In this document: piece by piece, positions 1-8,908 of the stretch
Layout of the letters: every line of letters begins with the position of its first letter
Position numbering within the stretch: position 1 is the first letter of the stretch
NCBI RefSeq assembly: GCF_000014265.1
Contig: NC_008312.1
Location: 6,390,001-6,422,000 of the forward strand
Origin: Trichodesmium erythraeum IMS101
GTDB lineage: Bacteria > Cyanobacteriota > Cyanobacteriia > Cyanobacteriales > Microcoleaceae
Length of the DNA: 32,000 bases
Reading direction: 5' to 3'
Translations under genes and position numbers: made by a program
The notes under the pieces: model-generated
What the model was told of the DNA's origin: nothing
The model's input: the letters and a program-made list of their open reading frames with translations, nothing else
Databases searched by the model: none

Positions 1-6
1 TGGGTT

Positions 7-105
7 CAAGTCTCCCTATTGCTGGAGGTACTATTAATTAATAACTGAAATGATACTCCCAGGCTTTGGAGAGGAACCACAGCAGTGACTCAAGTCAACA
101 ACAGC
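7..105 (+). repeat. Degenerate upstream duplicate of the hesA leader and first codons; partner copy at 131-285
   Basis: 7-32 resembles 131-156 (~80%). The 14-mer ataactgaaatgat is identical at 41-54 and 172-185. 55-105 matches 235-285 at 46/51. The upstream copy lacks the 48 nt at 186-233, which are bracketed by the direct repeat aaatgat in the gene copy. The ATG at 50 opens only a 12-codon ORF (MILPGFGEEPQQ*). Confidence 0.8.
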
Positions 106-181
106 TCTGGTCAAAGGAAATTTTGGATTTTAAGTTTCCTTATTGCTAGGGGTACTGAATAACTGATAAGTAATAACTGAA

Positions 182-1003
182 ATGATCTCCAACCTTACAC
201 CAAAAGAATTAGAACGTTATAGTCGTCAAATGATGCTCCCGGGCTTTGGAGAGGAAGCACAGCAACGACTCAAGTCAACAACAGCAGTAGTAACTGGAGT
301 TGGTGGCTTAGGTGGCACGGTAGCATTGTATTTAGCAGTAGCAGGTATCGGGAAATTAATTTTAGTCCGAGGTGGAGAACTACGGCTTGATGACATGAAC
401 CGTCAAATCTTGATGACAGACGACTGGGTGGGTAAAGTCCGAGTAGACAAAGCAAAGGAAACTCTATCTGCCATTAACCCAGATATTGAAATTGAAGCAG
501 TTCCCGAATATGTTACGGCTGAAAATGTCGACCCATTGGTACAGTCTGCTGATATTGCTATAGACTGTGCCCACAACTTTGACGAACGGAATTTACTGAA
601 TGCTGCCTGTGTACGTTGGCGCAAACCAATGGTGGAAGCTGCCATGAATAGTATGGAAGCTTATTTAACCACCATAGATCCTGGTAAAACTCCTTGTTTG
701 TCTTGTCTGTTCCCAGAAAAACCACAGTGGGACAGACGTGGGTTCGGAGTATTGGGGATAGTTTCTGGAACTTTAGCTTGTCTAGCAGCTTCAGAAGCTA
801 TCAAACAGATTACAGGATTTAGTAAACCCTTGTGGTCACAACTGCTAACAATGAATTTGGATAGCATGGAATTTGCTAAACTTCGCCCCTACCATGACCC
901 CAACTGTCAGGTTTGCGGTTCTCTCAGTAGAGAATTAGTAGCTGACTCTATAGCTATTAAGAATAATTTTACGACAGAAATGATCACAACAAACAGTTTA
1001 TAG
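182..1003 (+). CDS. hesA: HesA, MoeB/ThiF-family protein of nif clusters
   Basis: 273-aa ORF with N-terminal ERYSRQ and the nucleotide-binding loop GVGGLGG typical of the ThiF/MoeB/HesA family. Two C-terminal CxxC pairs (CLSC, CQVC). Followed by hesB and fdxH, as in heterocystous cyanobacterial nif regions. Confidence 0.85.
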   Translation: MISNLTPKELERYSRQMMLPGFGEEAQQRLKSTTAVVTGVGGLGGTVALYLAVAGIGKLILVRGGELRLDDMNRQILMTDDWVGKVRVDKAKETLSAINPDIEIEAVPEYVTAENVDPLVQSADIAIDCAHNFDERNLLNAACVRWRKPMVEAAMNSMEAYLTTIDPGKTPCLSCLFPEKPQWDRRGFGVLGIVSGTLACLAASEAIKQITGFSKPLWSQLLTMNLDSMEFAKLRPYHDPNCQVCGSLSRELVADSIAIKNNFTTEMITTNSL

Positions 1004-1311
1004 TTAGACCTTTGGTTTAAGTTATAAATAAGGAATTAATATATACGGCAAGTTTAAAATATTTTAGGGTGTACGTTCGCGACAGCGATGTGCAGTAAGA
1101 TCAGACTGACACTGAGGCGATAACTTTCAAAATTCAGGGTGCACTTGTATGAGCAATACAATCAGTTTAAGTGTTAGTCTGATTTACCTATAGCCTCTTA
1201 AAGTAACATTTTTCCTGACAATACTAAATTCACTAAGCCAGACAAGAGACGGGTGTCGCCTATCTGGATAATTATTTTATCGGTAAGTATAAATTACTTT
1301 TCCTAAAGATT

Positions 1312-1662
1312 ATGACTCTGAGTTTAACAGAAAAAGCTGCTTCTCAACTGACAAAGTTCCTGCAAGACTCAAATCAAGGCATCCGCATCTCTGTTGTGGA
1401 TGGAGGTTGCAGTGGCTATCAATATTCCTTGAATATTGCTAATGCTCCTAAGACAGATGACTTGCTCCTTGAAAAAGATCAGTTACGAATATTTATAGAT
1501 CCTAAAAGCGCGCCTTTATTAGAAGGAGTTGTAGTTGACTACATAGAAAGTCTCACAGAAGGCGGTTTAAAGTTTATTAACCCCAACGCCACAGAAACTT
1601 GTAGTTGCGGAAAATCTTTCCAGGCAGGTAGCTGCACCCCCACAGCAGTACCTTGCAGTTAA
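1312..1662 (+). CDS. hesB: HesB/IscA-family Fe-S cluster assembly accessory protein
   Basis: 116 aa with the A-type carrier signature (GGCSGYQY, then C-terminal CSCGKSF). Sits between hesA and fdxH. Confidence 0.85.
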   Translation: MTLSLTEKAASQLTKFLQDSNQGIRISVVDGGCSGYQYSLNIANAPKTDDLLLEKDQLRIFIDPKSAPLLEGVVVDYIESLTEGGLKFINPNATETCSCGKSFQAGSCTPTAVPCS

Positions 1663-1714
1663 TATAGTTTTTAGCACTTAGTAATCACATTTAGCAAGTA
1701 AATCTTGTTAAAGT

Positions 1715-1735
1715 TGATAGCTGATAGCTGATAGC
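1715..1735. repeat. Heptanucleotide tandem repeat (TGATAGC)x3, STRR-like
   Basis: Three perfect TGATAGC units plus a partial fourth in the hesB-fdxH spacer. Short tandem heptamers (STRR) are characteristic of heterocystous cyanobacteria. Confidence 0.7.
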
Positions 1736-1779
1736 TCATTCACACAATTTTTCATTAAACAAAAAGGAGAATAAAACCA

Positions 1780-2094
1780 ATGACTACTTATAAAGTAAGA
1801 TTAATCAAAGGCAAGAAAAACAAACCCCCAGAAATGGATGTCACCATCGATGTTGATGAGGATACCTATATACTAGATGCTGCCGACGAAGCAGGCATAG
1901 ATTTACCTGTTTCTTGCCGTGCTGGAGCTTGCTCTAGCTGCACTGGTAGATTAGTTGAAGGTGAAATAGATCAAGAAGACCAAAACTTCTTAGATGACGA
2001 AGTGATGGAAAAAGGCTTCCTATTAATGTGTGTTACTTATCCTCGTTCTGATTGCACTATCAAAACTCACCAAGAGGCTTATTTACCTGTGTAA
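1780..2094 (+). CDS. fdxH: Plant-type [2Fe-2S] ferredoxin, heterocyst-type
   Basis: 104 aa with CRAGACSSC...C cluster ligands and the conserved C-terminus [25 protein letters not shown] lies about 9 nt upstream of the ATG. Immediately downstream of hesAB. Confidence 0.85.
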   Translation: MTTYKVRLIKGKKNKPPEMDVTIDVDEDTYILDAADEAGIDLPVSCRAGACSSCTGRLVEGEIDQEDQNFLDDEVMEKGFLLMCVTYPRSDCTIKTHQEAYLPV

Positions 2095-2119
2095 TAACAC
2101 TTGTCAATAATTATTATCT

Positions 2120-2156
2120 TAGGGACGTTCCATGGAACGTCCCTATTAAGTTTTTA
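2120..2156 (+). terminator. Probable intrinsic terminator of hesAB-fdxH
   Basis: Perfect palindrome tagggacgttc-catg-gaacgtcccta (11-bp GC-containing stem) 26 nt after the fdxH stop. A T-run (ttaagttttt) follows. Confidence 0.6.
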
Positions 2157-2293
2157 GCCGCTCAAATCTTTTTGACAACAGGAGCGATCGCTCTTTTCTG
2201 ATTTAGAGGTAACTCTGCCCAAGTTATATTATGTCTGGTTAAATAATTAGATTTTAGTGCCAGGAAGACAGAAGTTTTTTCCTCTGCCTGACG

Positions 2294-2974
2294 TCATTTT
2301 ACTATGACTTGTCTCTTTCGGGATAAAAGAGCAATAACAAAGGTGCTTACTATTCCTATAAGTAATGATGGTTCTGGTGTTGATTTATTATCAATCTTTG
2401 AGCCTTGGATAATATTATCAATTCCTGTATTAATTTTCCCTCCATCTACAGTAGTCCAGCGAATAGAACTAATTTCTTCACTAGCAAGTATTCCTAAAAA
2501 TCTTACAGTTGTTGGGTCTTGATTTAGCACAAAAGTATCAAGGAGATTATTAGCACCAAAAACATTGACTGTTGCTGGACCATAAGTATTAAGATAAGTA
2601 TCAAATCCTACTGCTTCCGTAGGTGTACCAAATTCCACTGTAAAATCTTCATCACCGGTAGCAGTAATTATACTACTAGTAGTTATAGGAACACCGTAAT
2701 TAGTATATCCAGGGGAAGAAACCCATACATTGGGATATCGTGCACCAGTATGGCCTATATATGTATTGCCATTACTAACAAAGGATGACAAAGGCCGATT
2801 TTTTAGTGAGAAAGCCTCAAAATCTTCTATTAAAGTTGTATCTGTTAATGCATCAAAAGCATTAACATCAGTGAAAAACATTGTACTAGCATAAGCATTT
2901 CCAGCAGTAGCAGCTGTGAAAATTAACCCTCCAGCAACTATTGATAATTTCCCAAATATAGTTCCAATGTTCAT
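2294..2974 (-). CDS. Secreted PEP-CTERM sorting-domain protein
   Basis: N-terminal signal peptide (…AATAGNAYA/ST). C-terminal TPEPS motif followed by a hydrophobic helix and basic tail (LLIGIVSTFVIALLSRKRQ), which is the PEP-CTERM architecture. Confidence 0.75.
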   Translation of the reverse strand: MNIGTIFGKLSIVAGGLIFTAATAGNAYASTMFFTDVNAFDALTDTTLIEDFEAFSLKNRPLSSFVSNGNTYIGHTGARYPNVWVSSPGYTNYGVPITTSSIITATGDEDFTVEFGTPTEAVGFDTYLNTYGPATVNVFGANNLLDTFVLNQDPTTVRFLGILASEEISSIRWTTVDGGKINTGIDNIIQGSKIDNKSTPEPSLLIGIVSTFVIALLSRKRQVIVK

Positions 2975-4192
2975 ATTATTTATTCCTTGTAGATTGTAGT
3001 ATTATGAAGTAGAAGTTTGGTATGACTTAGCTTCATAAGTTTACTACCCTGATTCTATGAGAAATAATCATATTATAGTTCAGTTTTTTTTCAAAGAGAA
3101 CAAAGGTGAAGAATATTCTGACCTATTTCTTCATTTCATAAAAAAGGTGAAAATATTATTCACTTTTCACCATAAAACAAAAAATATGGTTGAGTAAATT
3201 TCAATTTAAAACGACTAAAAATTTAAGTAAATATTTCGCCTAATATATAGTCCTTTTAGCTCCATTTGAAATAAATAAATCAAGTATAATTAGTCTACAT
3301 TTTATATACAGTAATTTCTTAATTTGTAAAGTCAAAATATTCAATACTTCCTAAAACCCAAAAATTTCAAGAGAAAATAATAGGGAGACAAGATGAGCTC
3401 CGGTGAATCTACAGCATTAAGTTTTTGAGTAAGCAGTTTCTCATACTATTTCTCTGTAATAATGCTGTAATAATACCCTTAATAATTATTACCGGAATAA
3501 GTATTTTGCTAATAGTTATTATCCTTTGTTAAAGGCGACTTTATGGATAAATGGTATCAGTACCAAAATTGTAGAGAAAACATTAATCTTTGATGCTCAA
3601 GCCTTAAAGCCTGAAAGTATTGCACACAATATGTGATAATTATAGATAAAATATTACTTTTCAGAACTGAGGCAGAAGCGATCGCTAATTTTTTTGAGTT
3701 GCAAATTGGAGAAATTTAACCTAGATTTCGCCTCCGTATTGGAATTAGATATTTTATTATTTTATCGTTACTAAATAATATATTTTTCAAGTAATATCTA
3801 TCATAAAAAAAACTAATTATAGTATTAAAAATTCAATATAAAAGTACGCGATATATAGTGTTATTGGGTAATTCATGATTACATATAAACTTTAGAAAAA
3901 ATATCTATAATCTCATGATTAAAAACCTTTAATAATACAAACAGTTCTCAACAACGCAGGTTTAGACTACAAATTATAACTAGAAAATGGAAAAATATCA
4001 GCTTCCTAATCTAGGGGCAATTTATCAAGTTAATTCAGTATCTACAGCCCTATTTACTACTTTTTTAATAGTACCGTTGAAAATATTATGAAGGCTAATA
4101 TTTATATTGAAGATTCTAATATAACATTGTTTTATCGTGGAATTTTAACAGAAAAAAATCTACAATATTAATAACTTTGAGAAAACTTAAAC

Positions 4193-5023
4193 ATGGGAAT
4201 AATAGACATGAAAAAAAGCGCGATCGCTACCTTCAAATTTATAGCCATACTTACTTCTTTATTAATAATTAGTTGTAGCCCAAACACCAATAATTCATAT
4301 TCTCAGCTTACCACTTCCAGAATCAACTTAACAATTTCAGCAGCAGCTAGTCTCAAAGATGCAATGGCAGAGATTAAACCTATCTATGAACAAAAAAAGC
4401 CTGATATTTCTTTAACATTAAACTTAGCTTCTTCCGGCTCTCTACGACAACAAATTGAACAAGGTGCCCCAGTAGATTTATTCATCTCTGCATCTCCTTC
4501 CCACATGAATATGTTGCAAGAAAAAGGTCTCATAATAGATAAAAGCCTTCGTGACTTACTCAAAAATAAAATGGTGTTAATAGTTCCCCAAGAAAATACA
4601 GCTTCAATTAACACCTTTCAAGATTTAACAAAAGACACTATTAAGACAATATCTATTGGTGAACCAAAAAGTGTTCCTGCAGGAAAATATGGTCAAGAAA
4701 TTTTGAGTTATCTAGGTGTTTATGAAACAGTAAAACCGAAAATAGTTTTTGCTAAAAATGTGCGTCAAATCGTCAATTATGTAACAACAGGAAATGTTGA
4801 TGCTGGAATTGTTTATCAGACAGATACTAAGGATTCAAGCCGAGCAAAAATTGTTGCTAATGCACCGGAAAAATCTCATACACCAATAGTATATCCTATG
4901 GCAATAATTAAAGATAGTAAAAACATTGAAGCTGCTAAACAACTAGAAGAATTTATATTAACCCCAGAGGCAAAAGCTGTATTTGAAAAATATGGCTTTA
5001 TTACACTAAACAACGATGATTAA
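4193..5023 (+). CDS. modA: Molybdate ABC transporter substrate-binding protein
   Basis: 276 aa with a lipoprotein-type signal (LLIISC). ModA-like blocks AAASL, SSGSLRQQIEQGAPVDLFISAS and VPAGKYGQE. modBC lies downstream. The start may instead be the internal Met at 4208. Confidence 0.9.
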   Translation: MGIIDMKKSAIATFKFIAILTSLLIISCSPNTNNSYSQLTTSRINLTISAAASLKDAMAEIKPIYEQKKPDISLTLNLASSGSLRQQIEQGAPVDLFISASPSHMNMLQEKGLIIDKSLRDLLKNKMVLIVPQENTASINTFQDLTKDTIKTISIGEPKSVPAGKYGQEILSYLGVYETVKPKIVFAKNVRQIVNYVTTGNVDAGIVYQTDTKDSSRAKIVANAPEKSHTPIVYPMAIIKDSKNIEAAKQLEEFILTPEAKAVFEKYGFITLNNDD

Positions 5024-5692
5024 TTTAGATAAAAGTTGCCATTCCTCCAGAAGTTTTCGGACATCTTTTACCTTTATTTATTCGTAGTGTTCCTGGAGTA
5101 ATTTTTACAGGAGTTCCTCCATATTCATTATGGAAAAATCCTCCAGCTATTGGATGCATTCCTCCTCATAGTAGCGACTCTGGTGCGTTTTTATTGGCAG
5201 AATGTTTTAGGTGTAAAATCTAACTTTACTTAAAGATGTAAAGGGACCTTACAAGAAAAACCCTAATACCAAGAAAGATGCAAGCTTGATCTCAGAAATT
5301 TCCACAAAGGAAGTCAGAGAAAGTAATTTTGCAACCTTACCATTTGAAAGGGTTTTGTTAGATTTGCTTGATTATTTCCAACAAATAAGCCAAGTTCAAA
5401 TTGTTGATAGTTTTAACCCCGATAATATTACTGCTGCAGTGAATGGTGAACACATAGGTACCATTGTTCATCGCTAAAAAATTCTCACAAATATAATCCC
5501 AATGCTGTCAGAACTTACGTCAAGCATTTGTATATTCTACATTTTGTTTTTTGTAGAAGTAATTCATATAAACCTTTGCCATGAAAAACAGAAATTATCC
5601 CTACAGGTAGCACTGTGGAATATTCCTAGCTCTGGAAAATCATTAATTTTATTGTATCATCGTAAAATTTGGTAATGCATATCTAAATATAG

Positions 5693-5756
5693 AAACCGGG
5701 TTTATATGTGTAGATATTATTTTTATAATATATCTAATATAAATCCGGTTTTTTAT
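5693..5756 (+). terminator. Long AT-rich hairpin with T-run (terminator-like)
   Basis: aaaccgggtttatat...atataaatccggtttttt forms a 15-bp outer stem (one G-U). It continues into a nearly continuous ~28-bp imperfect stem and ends in T6. It lies 670 nt downstream of modA. Confidence 0.5.
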
Positions 5757-6182
5757 CAGTCTTCAAAGTTACTGAATTTGAGAACACTTATACTATCAGT
5801 TTCAATAGTAACGACTGCTATTAGAGTTAATTATATCATATTCTGGTAATTAATTATAAATAAAATTATTCTTTTGAGACCCTTCACTGAATGTCCCTAT
5901 TTTTTTTTCTATAGGAATAAAATACTCCTCTATCCTGTAGTAAAAAAAACAGTTTATTGAATGAAAAAAGATAGAAAATAAACCTAGTTGTAGAAAGTAA
6001 CTCCAGATGAAGACTAAAACTATTACGGAAATAATTGCAATGCACCAGTATCAAAATAACTACCTTGATAAAATTTATTGACATCAAATATTTTCATTTT
6101 TCCAGAAAATTAATACACAGGAAACATCAACCAAGGGTTGTTTATCACACTTAAAAACTACCCTTTATTAAAAATAATAATA

Positions 6183-8069
6183 ATGAACTTAGACCTCTCC
6201 CCTGCTTGGATTTCCCTAAAAACTGCAACAGTAACTACAATAATCACCTTTTTTCTCGGCATTGCTACAGCACGTTGGATGCTAGGATATCGTGGTAAAA
6301 ACAAAGGACTAATTGATGCTATATTAACATCCCCTCTAGTATTGCCTCCAACCGTCACAGGTTTTCTCTTACTATTATTGCTAGGTAGAAACGGTCCTGT
6401 TGGTCATTTACTCTCCTCAATGGGGATAACATTAATTTTTACTTGGCCTGCCACCGTAATAGCAGCTACAGTAGTCTCATTTCCCCTAATGTACAAAACA
6501 TCACTAGCAGCTTTTAATCAAATTGATACCAGTTTGCTTGCTTGTGCCAGAACTTTAGGAGCTTCAGAATGGCGAGTATTTTGGCGAATTTTGTTACCTT
6601 TAGCAAAACCAGGAATAATTGCCGGAGCATTATTAGCTTTTGCTAGATCCCTGGGGGAGTTTGGGGCAACTTTAATGCTAGCAGGAAGCATTCCCGGCAA
6701 AACTGAAACTATTCCCATCGCTATTTTCTTTGCTTCTGAAGGTGGAAATATGAAAGAAGCACTTATTTGGGTGTTAGTCATTTTAGCCATATCTCTTGGG
6801 GTGATAACTGGTGTCAACTTTTGGTCAGAATCTCAAATCAAAAAGCGCATAGTACAAAAAACAGAAAAGCAAATTATTGATGTGCGCTCTATAACTCAAG
6901 TTCAACCTCAACCTTTTCTACTCAACTCCCGCAGCCAGTCACAAAGTCTATTTGTAGATATTCAAAAGCAACTTCACGGATTCATGTTAGATGTTGCTTT
7001 CAGCGCTAATAACAAACCAGTGGGGTTATTAGGAGGTTCTGGTGCTGGCAAAAGTATGATTCTGCGTTGCATTGCTGGCTTAGAAAATCCCACTCAAGGA
7101 CGCATAGTTTTAAATGGGCGAGTATTATTCGATGCAAAACTGAAAATTGATTTACCTAGTCGCGATCGCCATGTTGGTTATCTATTTCAAAACTACGCTC
7201 TCTTTCCCCATCTAACTGTAGCTGAAAATATTGCTTTTGGTTTGCCCAAAGGTTTGTCATCAAGTGATATTCAACAAAAAGTACAAACCCATCTTTTAGC
7301 AGTGCAGTTACCAGGATATGAAAAACGATATCCTGGAGAACTTTCCGGAGGTCAGCAACAAAGGGTAGCTTTAGCACGAGCATTAGCAAGTCAACCAGAA
7401 GCTTTATTATTAGATGAAGCTTTTTCCGCATTAGATACCCACCTAAGACATCAAATTGAAACATTAGTTCTTAGCACCCTAGAAAATTATCAAGGAGTAA
7501 CTTTACTAGTAACTCACAACTTAGAGGAAGCTTATCGCATTTGCCAACATCTATTAGTAGTTGATGATGGACTTATTCTTACTCATGGCCTCAAACAAGA
7601 CATTTTTGAATATTCTACCAGTGTGAGAGTTGCTCAATTAACTGGTTGTAAGAACTTTTCTCAAGTCTTAATTATAGACGATCATAAAATTGAAGCTGTT
7701 GAATGGGGATGTAGTCTTGAGGTCGCCGAACCCATTCCAGAGTATTTCTCTCACGTTGGTATTCGTGCTCACCAGATTACTTTTATGGAGGAAGCAAACC
7801 AACCGAATACTTTCCCCTGTTGGTTAGCAGCAACCAGTGAAACTCAGCATCGGATGACTTTATATTTGAAATTATATCAACCTGCACTAAATTCTTTTGA
7901 CTATCATTTGCAAGCAGAAGTATTCAAGGAAAAATGGTATCAAATTAAAAATAATCCTTTTCCTTGGCAGGTTTGTCTGCACCCTTTCCGTTTATTGTTA
8001 CTAGAAGATACCTATCGAAATCATATGTTAACTGGTACATTGAAGTCTTCCCAGAAATTGTTCTGGTAA
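6183..8069 (+). CDS. modBC: Fused molybdate ABC transporter permease/ATPase ModBC
   Basis: The N-terminal half is a ModB-like permease (MNLDLSPAWISLK…, EAA-like region ARTLGASEWRVFWRILLP). The C-terminal half is an ABC ATPase (Walker A GGSGAGKS, signature LSGGQQQRVALARAL, Walker B LLLDEAFSALD) with a C-terminal TOBE-like extension. I prefer the ATG at 6183 over the TTG at 6138 given in the ORF track. Confidence 0.9.
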   Translation: MNLDLSPAWISLKTATVTTIITFFLGIATARWMLGYRGKNKGLIDAILTSPLVLPPTVTGFLLLLLLGRNGPVGHLLSSMGITLIFTWPATVIAATVVSFPLMYKTSLAAFNQIDTSLLACARTLGASEWRVFWRILLPLAKPGIIAGALLAFARSLGEFGATLMLAGSIPGKTETIPIAIFFASEGGNMKEALIWVLVILAISLGVITGVNFWSESQIKKRIVQKTEKQIIDVRSITQVQPQPFLLNSRSQSQSLFVDIQKQLHGFMLDVAFSANNKPVGLLGGSGAGKSMILRCIAGLENPTQGRIVLNGRVLFDAKLKIDLPSRDRHVGYLFQNYALFPHLTVAENIAFGLPKGLSSSDIQQKVQTHLLAVQLPGYEKRYPGELSGGQQQRVALARALASQPEALLLDEAFSALDTHLRHQIETLVLSTLENYQGVTLLVTHNLEEAYRICQHLLVVDDGLILTHGLKQDIFEYSTSVRVAQLTGCKNFSQVLIIDDHKIEAVEWGCSLEVAEPIPEYFSHVGIRAHQITFMEEANQPNTFPCWLAATSETQHRMTLYLKLYQPALNSFDYHLQAEVFKEKWYQIKNNPFPWQVCLHPFRLLLLEDTYRNHMLTGTLKSSQKLFW

Positions 8070-8175
8070 AACGTCAAATCAAATTCCTGAAGCATCGGCT
8101 ATGAAATACTAAAGCACGAATATTTTTTCCCCGGACCAAGACAGAAAAAGCTATTGATCTAATTTTTTTGTCACT

Positions 8176-8222
8176 ATGGGTAAACTTGTAAATTCTGATA
8201 TCACAGGCAAGTTTGTACCCAT
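8176..8222 (+). other. Imperfect hairpin, possible IS200/IS605 left-end structure
   Basis: atgggtaaacttg…caagtttgtacccat forms a ~13-bp stem with a small bulge, just upstream of the tnpA relic. Confidence 0.35.
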
Positions 8223-8384
8223 GCCGAACAACGATAGGAACTAGATCAAAGTTTTTCCCATTAAGGTTTTCGTTATTTTTCTAGGGGAAAAGTTCTGGTA
8301 TAAAATCAACCAAACTTTCCTTTAACACTTTCAATAATACTGGCTCGCTTAAATGAAACTTTGGGACAATTATTAATTAAATAG

Positions 8385-8648
8385 GAATGTAAATTAGTAG
8401 AGTTTAATAGGGAAGAAAACCACGTCCATATTTGGTTTAAGTATCATCCAAACGTTACATTAAGCAGGCTAGTTAATAACATTAAAACGTCGAGAAGCAG
8501 AAAACGAAGGAAAGAATTCGTAAAACAAATTAACAATATTTACTGGAAAGATGTTCTTGGGAAAAGTTCTTATTTTATTGCTTCTTGTGGCGAAGTAACA
8601 ATTTATACTTTGAAAAAGTACATTAAGAATCAAAAAAAACCAGAATAA
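8385..8648 (+). pseudogene. tnpA: Truncated IS200/IS605-family TnpA (Y1/HUH transposase) relic
   Basis: Translation …VEFNREENHVHIWFKYHPNVTLSRLVNNIKTSRSRKRRKEF…YWKDVLGKSSYFIASCGEVTIYTLKKYIKNQ* matches the HUH (HVH) motif and the C-terminal catalytic-Tyr region (SYF) of TnpA. There is no start codon, and an in-frame stop lies at 8382-8384. Frame-shifted N-terminal-like fragments occur at ~8230-8384. Confidence 0.7.
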
Positions 8649-8908
8649 TATTGTCAATACACAGGACATCAACCCCCATTAATTGGCCGTCGATTTATTT
8701 CAAACCAAATCAAAGATTATGGTATGAGGCTTCTCCACAATTTAGCTAAAAAATATCGTCAACAGTGTGTTTCGTAGCTTGAGCCCGTGGCCATCACATT
8801 TGCTTAAAATCCAGAGTATTTTAACCTCTGGACGCATCAAAATTGTTGTTAAGATTATTTAAGGAAAAACTGACTAAAATCAAATTGTTTTGACAAAAAA
8901 CAGTAAAT

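Noticed and set aside
1-32. tRNA-like T-loop sequence (gggttcaagtctccc) at the window start, suggesting the 3' end of a tRNA
   Set aside because: The flanking bases do not form a proper 5-bp T-stem, and no acceptor/CCA-like end follows. The same segment recurs in diverged form at 131-156 as part of the hesA-leader duplication, so it is repeat sequence.
1146-1160. NtcA-like palindrome TGTA…TACA upstream of hesB
   Set aside because: The spacing is TGTA-N7-TACA, so GTA and TAC are 7 nt apart rather than the canonical GTA-N8-TAC. It is kept only as a generic palindrome in the spacer finding.
3900-4192. Moco riboswitch or ModE-type operator upstream of modA
   Set aside because: I could not recognise the conserved Moco-motif helices or a ModE-like inverted repeat by eye. 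A covariance-model scan would be needed, so no call is made.
5884-6087. 67-aa minus-strand ORF upstream of modBC
   Set aside because: Phe/Leu/Ile/Asn-rich translation of AT-rich spacer, with no SD sequence and no recognisable motif.
6138-6182. TTG start of modBC given in the ORF track
   Set aside because: The extra 15 residues (MFITLKNYPLLKIII) are AT-rich spacer translation. The ATG at 6183 gives the typical ModB N-terminus (MNLDLSPAWISLK…).
8469-8672. 67-aa minus-strand ORF
   Set aside because: It is antisense to the IS200/IS605 tnpA relic, whose plus-strand translation carries the HUH and catalytic-Tyr motifs.
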